Origin: Octopus vulgaris
Lineage: Eukaryota
Assembly: GCA_951406725.2 (NCBI GenBank)
Contig: OX597814.1
Coordinates: 184,946,001-185,010,000 of the forward strand
Length of the DNA: 64,000 bases
Direction: 5' to 3'
Notes under the pieces: model-generated
The model's input: only the letters and a program-made list of their open reading frames with translations
What the model was told of the DNA's origin: nothing
The model's database searches: none
Program-made: the position numbers and the translations under genes
Shown here: one piece after another, positions 1 to 11,557 of the stretch
Layout of the letters: each line of letters begins with the position of its first letter
Position numbering within the stretch: position 1 is the first letter of the stretch

Positions 1-172
1 CTTTCCGTCTTCCCTTCCTTGGATCTTTCCTTGTCCTATGTTTCTGACGAAGAGCTCCGCTCGAAACGTTAAATCTTCTTTCTTTCCTTCCTTTCCTGAG
101 CGTCCAATAACACTATACTTATTCCACGTCCTCGCGTTGTTGTTTTTTTTCTTTGTGTTTTCATGTTTGAAT

Positions 173-178
<6 letters not shown>
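1..178 (+). mobile_element. Penelope-like pseudo-LTR fragment carrying a minimal hammerhead ribozyme, ending in (TA)n
   Basis: Hammerhead core at 40-74; a diverged reverse-complement homologue lies at ~30807-30992; abuts a (TA)n tract at 179+. Confidence 0.6.
40..74 (+). ncRNA. Minimal type I hammerhead ribozyme motif
   Basis: GTTT-CTGACGA-A-GAGC tcc GCTC-GAAA-CGT-T-AAAT: core, 4-bp stem II, palindromic ACGT stem III, short stem I (GUUU/AAAU). Confidence 0.6.
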
Positions 179-223
<45 letters not shown>

Positions 224-869
224 GTGTTTGTGTGAGTCCATTCCCATTCTGACTGTAACACAAGCGAAGACCTTTACATCAAGCTTTACCGGCCTAATTC
301 TGTGGCCTTTCCGCTGGACAAATATTCCTTAAAAAGAAAACCGTGCTGAGGCCTGTATGTGCATGCACAGATGCATAATCCACTGTCACCAATAGATTCC
401 TTATAACTGAAAATAAACGAATGATCATGGCTGGATTGTTTTAGTGGCGGGATAGGCCTGTTCTAGCAAGCTTGACGTAGAACAAAACAGCCTCAAAATT
501 ATCCTTATTTTCACCAAGACCACCTTGGCCAAAACACACGTGATCTATCATCTCTTCCTCTTACCCCTACACATTTTCTCACACGTGACATTTTGTCCAG
601 TCGTATGCTCCCAAGGTTGCATTTACTTGGAATTCCAATTTCCTTAATATGTTTTTCTTCTAGCGAATTAATTTGAAGGCTCAAATTCAACGTTTACATC
701 TATCTCTATTTCAAAGATTCCCAAAATGTTTTTAAGTTTTTAAATTAAGTTTTACATTTCCCCTTCAGAATAAAATACTTAACGATAATTTTTTCTTTTT
801 TTTAAGCGTCCCTTAGTAGATACAAAGAAATATATGTATAACGAGTAAAACACCCCCACAACCGTCTAA

Positions 870-1264
870 TGGACGGTGCTGAGTTGTCAAACATTTAAAC
901 CAAATTTTCTCAAAGCAACTTGTCCAACTGTCCCATAGGCCTCCCCTTTGAGAAACACTGATTTAACCTAAATTTGAGACACCAAACAGGCCGGCGTTTT
1001 TTGCGCAAACTGCATGTGCATTTTACCCGCGTACGCATAGTATCGATCGCAACAGCTGATGTACTTGCGCGTACAAGTGCACGTTCCCACGGCTTTATCG
1101 ATCGCATTCTCACCCGAAATCTATTTTTGTAATTTTTTCAAGCCTTATTTATACACGCCCTGATACTGTCGGTATCTACATATCAAATTTGAACGCAATC
1201 GGATGGAGGATGCCCGAGATCCTAGAAGACACACACACAGACAGAACGGATTTTATATAATAGA
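870..1264 (-). mobile_element. Non-autonomous Helitron-like element, 5' portion
   Basis: Minus strand starts A|TCTATTATATAAAA followed by CTGTCTGTGTGTG, typical of animal non-autonomous Helitron 5' ends. The 3' end was not identified, so the lower boundary is approximate. Confidence 0.4.
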
Positions 1265-1269
1265 TAATG

Positions 1270-1500
1270 ATCCCGTTCTATGCAGTAGCTGCGGACTACA
1301 AGATAACTCGTGGTCGGCCCCGCACCAGATGGCTGGACGTGATTAAGGAAGATCTCCAGAATCTCGACGTCATCCTGGAAGATGCAGAGGGGATGGCACA
1401 GGATCACCAGTGATAGGGAGCACTGGTGGACCTGGTTGGCTCTCCACACGACGACGCACCTGGGACCATTAATGTCGGATGACACCAGCCCCATCAAACA
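1270..1500 (+). mobile_element. RTE-clade LINE 3' fragment
   Basis: Translates ...TRGRPRTRWLDVIKEDLQNLDVILEDAEGMAQDHQ*, matching the RTE C-terminal RGRP..RW.D...DL...AQDR..W pattern. Confidence 0.65.
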
Positions 1501-1634
1501 AGAGCACGAAGGAAGCAAGCATGTGCTTCATTGAACTGTCCAAAGTTCTGGCTGTACCAAAATCGAGAATAATAGAATTTGTCCAGACTGACGTATTACA
1601 CAATTTTCGCAGCATCGTATACACTTTATTAACA

Positions 1635-1977
1635 TCTCTATATATATAAACGGCAAAATGTCTGTGTGCGTGTCCTTTATACAAATCTCTAATTTTTCAG
1701 TTAGAGGGCTCGCACTTTCTATGGTCATTTAAAACCGTCCAAGGGTAGTCGTGCACATCTTTACATTTCCCAGTCACCTCGCAAAGCCATTAAAAAATCA
1801 ATAGAAGTGACTTTTTTGTGAATTTTCTACCCAAAACCCAATCAAAATGCCCGAAGCTTGATATGCCAATTGAATGCCAGCTAGCTGTATGTGATTAGTC
1901 GGAGATCTGGACAGTACTTGCGTGTATGCGCGCATGCACTAGCACTATGACCCGGCATTGCCGGGTCATAGTGCTAG
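1635..1977 (+). mobile_element. Complete non-autonomous Helitron (~340 bp)
   Basis: 5' A|TCTCTATATATATAAA; 3' GC-rich hairpin GACCCGGCA-T-TGCCGGGTC followed by CTAG|T; inserted between A and T with no TSD. Confidence 0.8.
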
Positions 1978-2401
1978 TCGGGAATATATAAAAGAGAACC
2001 AACTCCGATGTAATTTGAATTTATAATTAAAGGTAAGTATATAATGTTGATTTACTTGCCCAACTCTTCTGTAATGCACCGGCCAGTAGTGATGCGAACA
2101 ACAGCGTAAATGATCCGTAACTTTACAAGAAAACCAACCCTACTATCGAGGGAGCTAACTCGTTTGATATATATACTCCGTGATTTAACACTTCTGTTAT
2201 CGATGCCGAGCAAGAAACAAAGTCGATTGTCGCAAAATGTCTTTGATTCTTGACCACAGAAAGAAAATCTCTGGTTAAATCACGATATCTACCATATTTG
2301 CAGAGGTCTAAATCTGTGTTTATTAACACCATACGGCCGCAGGTTTTTTCACGCATTTCTATTCATCCAAAGACGATGTAGTATACTGGTAATACATAAA
2401 T

Positions 2402-2449
<48 letters not shown>

Positions 2450-3416
2450 CTTTGTACACGTACATCAATGATGTTTCCGGCATGAATGCAAAGTGTACAA
2501 ATTGTGCGGAAAATGTATAAATACATATAATAAATAACAAATAACAAATCTTATTTTAATACAAATCTTAACCTGTTTTTATGAGAGACAGCTGTAAAGC
2601 GAGGACATAAATGCTATATGAAGCCCACTTCAAATATACGGCTTGATTTTTGAAAATTACATGCTCTGGTTGTAAGTACGAGGAGTCGCCCTTTATACAC
2701 AAACATATATAAATTGATACGTAAATATGCATACATAGGAGTGGGGTAGAAGTAGAAAGCAGGGAAGTAAGGGTGTGGAAATCTGTTATATGTATTCTAT
2801 AATACCTTAATAGTTAAATTCATACTGCATAATTTATGTAACTACACCTAATTTATTCACATTTCTGCGAGAGTGTTTACATGTGTATATGTATACGCAT
2901 TTAAGCACGCGGATATATATATATGTAAGCATGTGTATGCGTGTATATATTCTTGAGGTGTATTGGTTTATTGCTACTGTGGGCTTTAATCACTGTTAGC
3001 CACAGGTTCGTATTTATACAGAAACAGGATCTTCACTAGAAATGCTAAAGGCATTCCAGGTTCAGTGACATTGCACTCAAAACTTATGAGTATGAATGCA
3101 AACACACGCACAGCCAAGTGTGCGTGAATATGTGTATATAAGTAATATATGTGGGTTCTTGTGTATAGAGAGATATATGTATGTATGTGTGTATAGAGTG
3201 ATATTTTCGCTCATATGTGTAGATACATATATATACATGTGTGTATGTGTGTATATGTATGCACATAGATATATCATTATGTTCATGTAGACGTGTCTAT
3301 GTTTGTTTATGAATGCATGGGTGATATTTGTGTGTGGGTGTCTGTTTTGGCATATTTATAGGTTTGTCTCTCTGTATATATTCAGAGAGGTACATAGGAT
3401 ATAGATACATACATAT

Positions 3417-3522
<106 letters not shown>

Positions 3523-3668
3523 GTGTATATATGTGTGTACGTGTGTGTCCGCGCCTATAACTATTTATATATATAGATATAGATAGAAACGTGTATATAT
3601 ATGAGTGTATATATATACATACATACATAAACACACATTCATATATATATGTATCTTCCACATATTTA

Positions 3669-3739
<71 letters not shown>

Positions 3740-3884
3740 ATTGGAAGGTTTGGAGATGATGTACAGGTATTTTATATTAGAAGAAATGAGGTAATAAAAT
3801 GTATTAAAAAACGTAATATACAAATAAATATCTGTAAATATAAACAATCCGATTTTCTGAGTACCTCATTTCTTCTAATATTTA

Positions 3885-3943
<59 letters not shown>

Positions 3944-4390
3944 GATCAAGGCGGTGCCCCAGCGTGGCCGCAGTCAAATAATTGAAACAAGTAAGCGAGT
4001 GAAGATAATACCTTAATGTGTGTGTGCGTGCGCGCATGCGCTTTTGTTTCTATGTGTACCTCATAAATAAATACATATACATACATGCTTACACACAGAC
4101 TCGTGCTTAACCTCTACAAGCAGTCTATTCTCTAATACTTTTAATAAATAATGTCTCTGGATTTACAACCAATTATCGTGCACCCATTTTTCCTGTTCTT
4201 CTAGACCAGACATATTACGGCCAAATTGAATTCCCGAACGTAATGTAAGAGACTGAACAAAATTTAAAATGTTATTGTAACTGAAAACACAGTAACGATA
4301 AAACAGTTCTTATTGAAAAAAAATGTCTTCATTGATTATAATCAATTTTTCTAACATTTGTGGGAATACAATTTCCCAACCTTTATTCCC

Positions 4391-4577
4391 TTTTACTCTT
4401 TTACTTGCTTCAGTCATGTGACTGTGGCCATGCTGGAGCACGACCTTTAGTCGAACAAATCGACCCCAGGACTTATTCTTTGTAAGCCTAGTACTTATTC
4501 TATCGGTCTCTTTTCCCGAACCGCTTAGTTACAGGGACCTAAACACACCAGCATCGGCTGTCAAGCGATGTTGGACC

Positions 4578-4651
<74 letters not shown>

Positions 4652-4755
4652 TATATACGACGGGCTTCTTTTAGTTTCCGTCTACTAAATCCACTCACAA
4701 AGCTTTGGTAAGCCTAAGGCTATAGTAGAAGACACTTACCCAAGGTGCCACGCAG
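4391..4755 (-). mobile_element. tRNA-derived CORE-like SINE (group A), head replaced by adjacent SINE
   Basis: Matches full copies at 18852-19308 and 46046-46412; internal (CA)n/(TA)n; AAAAGAGT-type tail. Confidence 0.85.
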
Positions 4756-5121
4756 GACAGACAAACGGATTAAGTCGATTATATCGACCCCAGTGCGTAA
4801 CTGGTACTTATTTAATCGACCCCGAAAGGGATGAAAGGCAAAGTCGACCTTGGCGGAATTTGAACTAAGAACGTAACGGCAGATGAAATACCTATTTCTT
4901 TATTACCCACAAGGAGCTAAACACAGAGGGGACAAACAAGGACAGACAAACGGATTAAGTTGATTACATCGACTCCAGTGCGTAACTGGTACTTATTTTA
5001 TCGACCCCGAAAGGATGAAAGGCAAAGTCGACCTCGGCGGAATTTGAACTCAGAACGTAACGGCAGACGAAATACCGCTCAGCATTTCGCCCGGCGTGCT
5101 AACGTTTCTGCCAGATCGCCA
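4755..5121 (-). mobile_element. tRNA-derived SINE (group B), tandem-duplicated body
   Basis: B-box GAGTTCAAATTCC and GACTTTGCCTTTCATCCTTTCGGGGTCGAT domain each present twice; homologous to 33197-33612 and 43556-43958. Confidence 0.85.
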
Positions 5122-6009
5122 CCCCAATGTATTGGAAAATTATATAAAAGCCGTTTTCAGGAAGTTTAGTCAGTCTATATTTACAAAGCGATGACTAATT
5201 AAATTGTCACATATAAATCTTGTAGCAAATTTGAACTCGGGTGTATTTTATGGAGTAATTTTTCTGTTGATTTTAATCTTCACAATAAATCAACTTTACT
5301 CAGACATTGGGTCGCTAGCAAACTTTTCATTCAACAACGTCCTTTGTTTATATAATGCTATTTTATATTTCAGTTCCTCACTCATAATTATAAGTTTTGT
5401 TCTGCTTATGTAGTTTAGAGTTACACGGGTTTTGAGTTACATATCGCTAGCTCCTTAACAACTTTATCGTTTATTTTTATTATTTTTTTGCTTTTCATTT
5501 ACTTTATGGTGCGTTACGCCAAGTTGCTTTTGTTATGTTATATAACGCGATTTCGTGAATCTAGGAAATTTTTATTCATTGGCTCATTTTTAGGTTTTGG
5601 GGGCCCATTTTGATTCACAGTGTTTCATACTTTTAATGTATTAGTTGCAATTAGATGTACATATCAATGGGTGTAAGATTTCGTATGTTCATTTTGCAGC
5701 GTTTGCTGGCTATTTTAAAATTACTTTGGTACCTCTGTAGAAAGATTGTCATGGAAACTGTACATAACTTCCCATTTAAATTACGTTTCTTCCAGATAAA
5801 TATTCCACAACTGTTAAGTACTTTATCTTAAATCTTTGATAATGTTGATGAAAAATATTCTTATTCTGATTTGTTCAACGAGCATTGGTTTAAATTTTAG
5901 ACGCGTTACCTATCGTTTATGACATGCTAGCACGTCGGGCCTTGGAGTTTCAACGCATGTCTTTTCCTTTATCTCTGGCTCGAAGTGATCAACTCAACAC
6001 TCAACCTGG

Positions 6010-6468
6010 GCTAGAAAACGTTCAAGAAAACCAGCTGGATCTGCCTCAAATGGCGATAGATTTTCTCGTCATTTGATCAACCTGGTGCGCTTTTGATCAG
6101 ATGTCAGAAGATGTGGCACCCTACGAGCAGAAACCTTCGTCACACCAAGTTCAAAATGCAGAATATTCACAACTTTCTTATGGTATATGCTAATAGTATT
6201 TGCTATTTGAGTTATAGTAAATCGCCATCAACTTGTAGTGAACACGATCGATGTTCTCGGTGGTGGCAGTTACAGGACATCTACACGTTGGGTCATCTTC
6301 AATACTCTCCCTTCTCCTCCTAAATTCAGCTGCTTACCTTCGCACTTCTAATAAAGCTGGTGCGTCATTCCCTAATATAGCAACCATATGAACATGAATG
6401 TCCTTGGTGGGGGGTTAAGCCATTTTCTGCAGGTACTTGATAACACCATGATGCCAAATTTTGTCCAT
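6010..6468 (-). pseudogene. Mariner transposase N-terminal relic
   Basis: MDKIWHHGVIKYLQK...DIHVHMVAILGNDAPAL...AAEFRRRRESIEDDP...TATTENIDRVH, then after frameshifts a degenerate WVPHLL-type segment; HTH region of Mos1-like transposases with stops and frameshifts. Confidence 0.75.
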
Positions 6469-6589
6469 TTTCATGAGAAATCACTACTAGTTACTTTTAA
6501 AGTCTTCTTTCAACAGTCAGATGTCAGTTTATCTGGAAAGAAACAATGCAGTAACCAATTTTGCCAGCTCGCCACCTTATTAATCCTTT

Positions 6590-6795
6590 CTACCAAAAGC
6601 ACAAGGCCCGAAGTTTTGGGCGAGGAGACAAGTCGATATAACTGGTATCAGTGCTTAACTGGTATGACTTTTATCGATCCCGAAAGAATGAAAGGTAAAT
6701 TAGACCTTGGCGGAATTTGAAAACAGAACGTAAAGAGTCGGAAGAAATTTCACTAAGCATATTGTCTGATGCACTACCAAGCCTTCCAGCTCGTT
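6590..6795 (-). mobile_element. Diverged group B SINE
   Basis: Reverse complement of the B domain (ATCGATCCCGAAAGAATGAAAGGTAAATTAGACC). Confidence 0.6.
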
Positions 6796-6819
6796 ACCAT
6801 AACAATAACCATAAAAATA

Positions 6820-6851
<32 letters not shown>

Positions 6852-6860
6852 GATGATGAT

Positions 6861-7945
6861 AAAATCTTTGATGTTAGAACTTGTCTTAAAGCACGAAAAC
6901 AAGAAAACATCATCTCAGTAAAAAAAAAAAGACAAAGAAATGTCTAAGTGAATTCCAAATGCAACGAATCCCAGAATTAGACGCACTGGAAACAAGCGTA
7001 TGAAAACCCTTGCTAAAACTGCTGCTTTAGATATTCTGACTGATAAATGGCATGAAAAACCTCTCAATGATAAATACCCAAAGGGAGCTAATAATGCCAA
7101 TGTTGACAAAGGCCTTACCCCTCAATGGTTAGTGTCTTCTGGCTTAAAATCAGAGACAGATGGGTTATCATAGCAACCCAAGATCAATGCCCACTGATAA
7201 AGAGTTAACAGGCCAACATATTAAAGAACGCCCGTAGTCCAGTCGATCATGTTGTCTTTATGTGTAGTCTTCTTGCGCCTACAGAGTATCTCAATAGGCA
7301 TGTTTGAGCAGCGCAATATATTCACTGAATCATTTGCAAAAACTTGGACCTGCCCCATGATGAAAACTGGTGGGAACACAAACCACCTCCAGTGCTTGAA
7401 AATGACCACATCTTACTCCTCTGGAACTTCACCGTTCAAACTGACAGAAAGCATTATATTGAAGGACCTCAAATAAAAATCATGCCTCTTCATCGATATG
7501 ACTGTCAAAATCGACATAAATGTATCTGTCAAGACCTACCAAAAACTGGGCAAGTATAAAGATCTTGAAATAAAAATCGGAAAAAATGTGGAACCACAAG
7601 ACTAAAACAATACCTGTTGTCATAGGTGCCCCAGGAATGATAGCAAAAGGGGATGATCGCTACCTAGCTCAGATACCAGGAAATACAAAAATGACAAAAA
7701 TTCAAAGGATCGTTCTTATGGGAACTGCCCATATCCTACATAAAATTCTATGTAATCAAAACTTTGAAAACTAACTTATAATTTTCTTATGTTTCCTTAA
7801 ACATTCTCTAGAACAATACTTTGTGCAAAACCTAATATTTGGCACCCTCGTCATAACACCAACGTGAACTTTTAACTTGTTGTCTCTTGAGATTTGTGGG
7901 TTAGACTTGGAGTCAAATTGTACAAATACAAAACAAAAGTCAAAC

Positions 7946-7947
<2 letters not shown>
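6861..7947 (+). mobile_element. 5'-truncated, decayed copy of the R4/Dong element
   Basis: Colinear with ~12590-13780 ([30 protein letters not shown]); same 3' end AAAGTCAAACAT followed by (AAT)n. Confidence 0.9.
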
Positions 7948-8018
<71 letters not shown>

Positions 8019-8053
8019 TAATAATAATAATAATAATAATAATGATGATGATG

Positions 8054-8103
<50 letters not shown>

Positions 8104-8118
8104 TAATAATAATAATAA

Positions 8119-8172
8119 CAGAGCTGCGCTCGGTTGTGAAGTGAAAGCACGTTATAAAAATAAAACTACTGA
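8119..8172 (+). mobile_element. ~55-bp 3' tip of a second TAA-associated R4/Dong family
   Basis: CAGAGCTGCGCTCGGTTGTGAAGTGAAAGCAC...ATAAAAATAAA matches the 3' UTR of the minus-strand fragment at 15808-16010; flanked on both sides by (AAT)n. Confidence 0.7.
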
Positions 8173-8202
8173 ATGATAATAATAATAATAATAATAATAA
8201 GG

Positions 8203-8275
<73 letters not shown>

Positions 8276-8296
8276 TGATAATAATAATAATAATAA

Positions 8297-8730
8297 TACC
8301 ACAGATTTGCTTGTCAGTTGTTTGACCTTAACCAGTTGAGCATGTCCCTTAGTGGCTGACGATATGTGCATCTCTGATCACGAGCAGAAGTAGTGGGGGA
8401 GCATCATAGCCATGTGTTGAGAGGGATTCTTTGGGGTTTGAATAGTTCACCTCTGGAAACATGGGTGGTTCTTTCAACATCCTTAAACAACCCTTATTCA
8501 GGGACCGTTTGAGCGGGATGGGCTACTCAACCTGAAGAAAATTCTAACTGGGCCCCACCTGCAAGGTCATGTGCTGTTTATCTTGATATGAGATCACCAT
8601 GTCGCGCACATATGGTTGTGATGCATGTGCCTGGTGTACCTTTATCAGACGGGTAGTCATGATGGGTATATTGGGCTTCATATATTTTACCCCAGTGTCA
8701 CTTTGATGGCATGAACTGCTCTCTCACTCA
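8297..8730 (+). mobile_element. Non-coding TAA-embedded interspersed repeat (5'-truncated copy)
   Basis: Homologous to 15218-15700 (-) and 63026-63500 (+); all end CTCTCTCACTC|AATAATAAT. Confidence 0.8.
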
Positions 8731-8747
8731 ATAATAATAATACTAAC

Positions 8748-8796
<49 letters not shown>

Positions 8797-9233
8797 GTAG
8801 CGGCTGGACGTGACAGATAGTAGCGGCTGGACGTGACAGAGGATGGACGTATTTTTACGATGCTCTGAACTGGCAACAGCGAACCCAGCAGGTCAACTGT
8901 AGAAAACTGGAAGATCTACTGTTTTCTGTAAGTAATTTGAATTACCCTCAAAATAAGTAAAAAAAAAAAAAAAAACTTACATATCTACAGCTCATACAAA
9001 CGTACACCTAACAAGAAAAATTAGAAACATAAATATCTCCAATTCTGTGTGAACATTTACATTTAGTCGTCTCTCATGACTATAAGAATGTGTAAAATTG
9101 CCTTTTAAATTACCTTTTATTGTAACAACACAATTAAATGCACGATAAAAAGTTATGGAATTAAGCACCAACTACTATATACATACAACTGAATTCAGAA
9201 ATTTAAAAATATATACATAACATTGAACTCAGA

Positions 9234-9278
<45 letters not shown>

Positions 9279-9733
9279 CGACGAAAACATCAGATAATAT
9301 GTGTGAGTGAATATACATATATATACATATACATATGCATGTGGTGAAGAAGAAAAGAGAACGGGAAAAAAAAAAAAAAAAAATAAACGTAAACAGGTTT
9401 GACCTTTTACTGACCATTAACGTCCTTTGTCTCCACCATCTACCGTGGCTATTTATAGACCCAAAGAACATGAATTCTTTAACCACCCATTCTCCAACAC
9501 AATGAAGTGTTGATGGTGGCTGTGGCTACACATTGAAGATGATGATGATGATGGTGATGTTGCTGATGATGGTGATGGTGGTGAAGATGATAGTAATAAC
9601 AATAATAACTGACAGATCCCGTCTTTTTCCCTTTCTTTTCGTTTCCTTCTCCGTATTTTATTCTCATTATTTCGAACTAATACAGACACAGTAAGCCTTG
9701 AAGAAAGGAAGAGGAGGAAAGGAGGAAAAAAAA

Positions 9734-11557
9734 ATGTCCGGAGATAAAACTATCAACAAAAAAAATACAGACGAATATAGATCTGCTAGTCTTAAGAAGC
9801 GGCGCTATGAGCAATGCTTACATGTAGTGAACCCTAAACTGACAGATCCATCTCCTAATATAAGAATGGATGCTCGTCATGCTTCAAGGTCAACAAATCA
9901 AACAATAAACCGCATTGGTCATTGCGCGGATTACAAAAGACCACGTACCCGAAAATTGAACCAAATCCTGATTGAAAAATCAGTTACTGGATCAAATATT
10001 CCCAACACACAGGAGCTGGACGAACCCCACAACCGGAATATTCCAACAGATGGCCATCCATGCTCATCACCAAATAATCAAAAGAAAAAGAAGGAAAAAT
10101 GGTCTAGGGAAGATAATAAAGAAGTTCTCGAGGCCTTCTACCATGCCATATATTTCCCCACAGATAAGTCTAGCACTGTACAAGCATACTTAAACTGGAG
10201 ACAGAAACACCCTGAAGTAAGACCCTACATAGACAGTAACAAGCTTGCCAATGTTAGAAGAAACATTATAAAAAAGAAATTACTGACTGAAGTAGAGATT
10301 GATCAGGTTAGACAAGCAATATCGGATAAAATGAACGAAGCTGCAGCTAGAGAAGATAATACAGAGGAAATGATTATAGACCAGCCCAGGGCGGATAAAA
10401 ACGAAGAGAGGATTGAAAGAGTTAGTATAAGTGATAGGCAAAGTGAAATACGCCCTGAACCAATCATAAACACTAAGACAGATGAGCATCAAATAGATAA
10501 AGAAAGTCACACAAATATTGACCCAACAGAACTACATGAGCTAAAAAATCAAATCATGATTGAATGGCTGAAAATTAAAGAAACCAGCATGGATGAGCGT
10601 GATACACTTCCTAAAATCCGCAACTCTAACCAAAACATGAAAATAATTGGTAAAATCCGGCTTGCACTTAAGGATATAATTTCAGTTAATGATGTTGATA
10701 TCACAAACCTCAACCACCTATACTATGCATCCGCGAAAATCTCAACGATCCTATGTGGTGTAAAGATTAGAAAACGGCAACAGTCCCACAAAAAGCCTTC
10801 TTGGCAAGAGCGTCTGCAACAACAAATTAAAGTATTTAGATCTGACATTGAATATTTGAAAAACCTTAAGGCTCACAAGACTACCAAACCTACAAAAACC
10901 CAAAAATTACTGAAAAAATACAATATGAAAACTATACTTGATATTGATGCCACCATAGAAACCATCAAACAAAAGGTATCTGCCAAAGCTACCCGCATAG
11001 CGAGGTATGAAAAGCGTGTTAGATTTTTCAAGGACAACAACATGTTCAAAAATAACACCAAGAATTTTTACAGGAAGATAGGAAAAACAGCGTTTACTGC
11101 AGGGTCTGTACCATCAAAAGAAGAAGTGCAGAGATTTTGGAATAAAATCTGGGCAGAAGAAAAAACACACAACGAAAAGGCCCCCTGGATTGACAGAATA
11201 TCTACAGAACTGGACCCCTTAGAAGAGCAAAAGTGGGAGGGTGTCAAGGTAGAAGATATAAGATCTGCTCTCAGGAGGTCAAGCAAATGGAAGTCTCCAG
11301 GAAAGGATAAAATTCCTAACTTCTGGCTGAATGCCTTCCCAGAGAGCCATGAACTGCTAACAGAACTGTACAATGATGTTCTGCAACACCCTAGTAGGAT
11401 GCCTCCTTGGCTAGTTAATGGGTTAACATTCCTGCTTCCAAAAAGTGAAGAAACAAATGAACCAAAAAACTATAGACCCATAACCTGCTTAACAACTATG
11501 TACAAAACTCTAACATCTGTCCTGACGGAATATACCTATTTTTTTTTTTTTTTTTAA
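9734..11557 (+). CDS. R4/Dong ORF, N-terminal part (Myb-like N-terminus to start of RT)
   Basis: Open frame from ATG 9734 (track uses TTG 9698); [15 protein letters not shown] motif; [15 protein letters not shown] and [15 protein letters not shown] (RT motifs 0/1); ends at TAA after T17 run. Confidence 0.85.
   Translation: MSGDKTINKKNTDEYRSASLKKRRYEQCLHVVNPKLTDPSPNIRMDARHASRSTNQTINRIGHCADYKRPRTRKLNQILIEKSVTGSNIPNTQELDEPHNRNIPTDGHPCSSPNNQKKKKEKWSREDNKEVLEAFYHAIYFPTDKSSTVQAYLNWRQKHPEVRPYIDSNKLANVRRNIIKKKLLTEVEIDQVRQAISDKMNEAAAREDNTEEMIIDQPRADKNEERIERVSISDRQSEIRPEPIINTKTDEHQIDKESHTNIDPTELHELKNQIMIEWLKIKETSMDERDTLPKIRNSNQNMKIIGKIRLALKDIISVNDVDITNLNHLYYASAKISTILCGVKIRKRQQSHKKPSWQERLQQQIKVFRSDIEYLKNLKAHKTTKPTKTQKLLKKYNMKTILDIDATIETIKQKVSAKATRIARYEKRVRFFKDNNMFKNNTKNFYRKIGKTAFTAGSVPSKEEVQRFWNKIWAEEKTHNEKAPWIDRISTELDPLEEQKWEGVKVEDIRSALRRSSKWKSPGKDKIPNFWLNAFPESHELLTELYNDVLQHPSRMPPWLVNGLTFLLPKSEETNEPKNYRPITCLTTMYKTLTSVLTEYTYFFFFF

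Noticed and set aside
7948-8794. Repeat-spacer pattern superficially like a CRISPR array
   Set aside because: Eukaryotic context; the repeats are variable-length (AAT)n and the spacers are retroelement ends.
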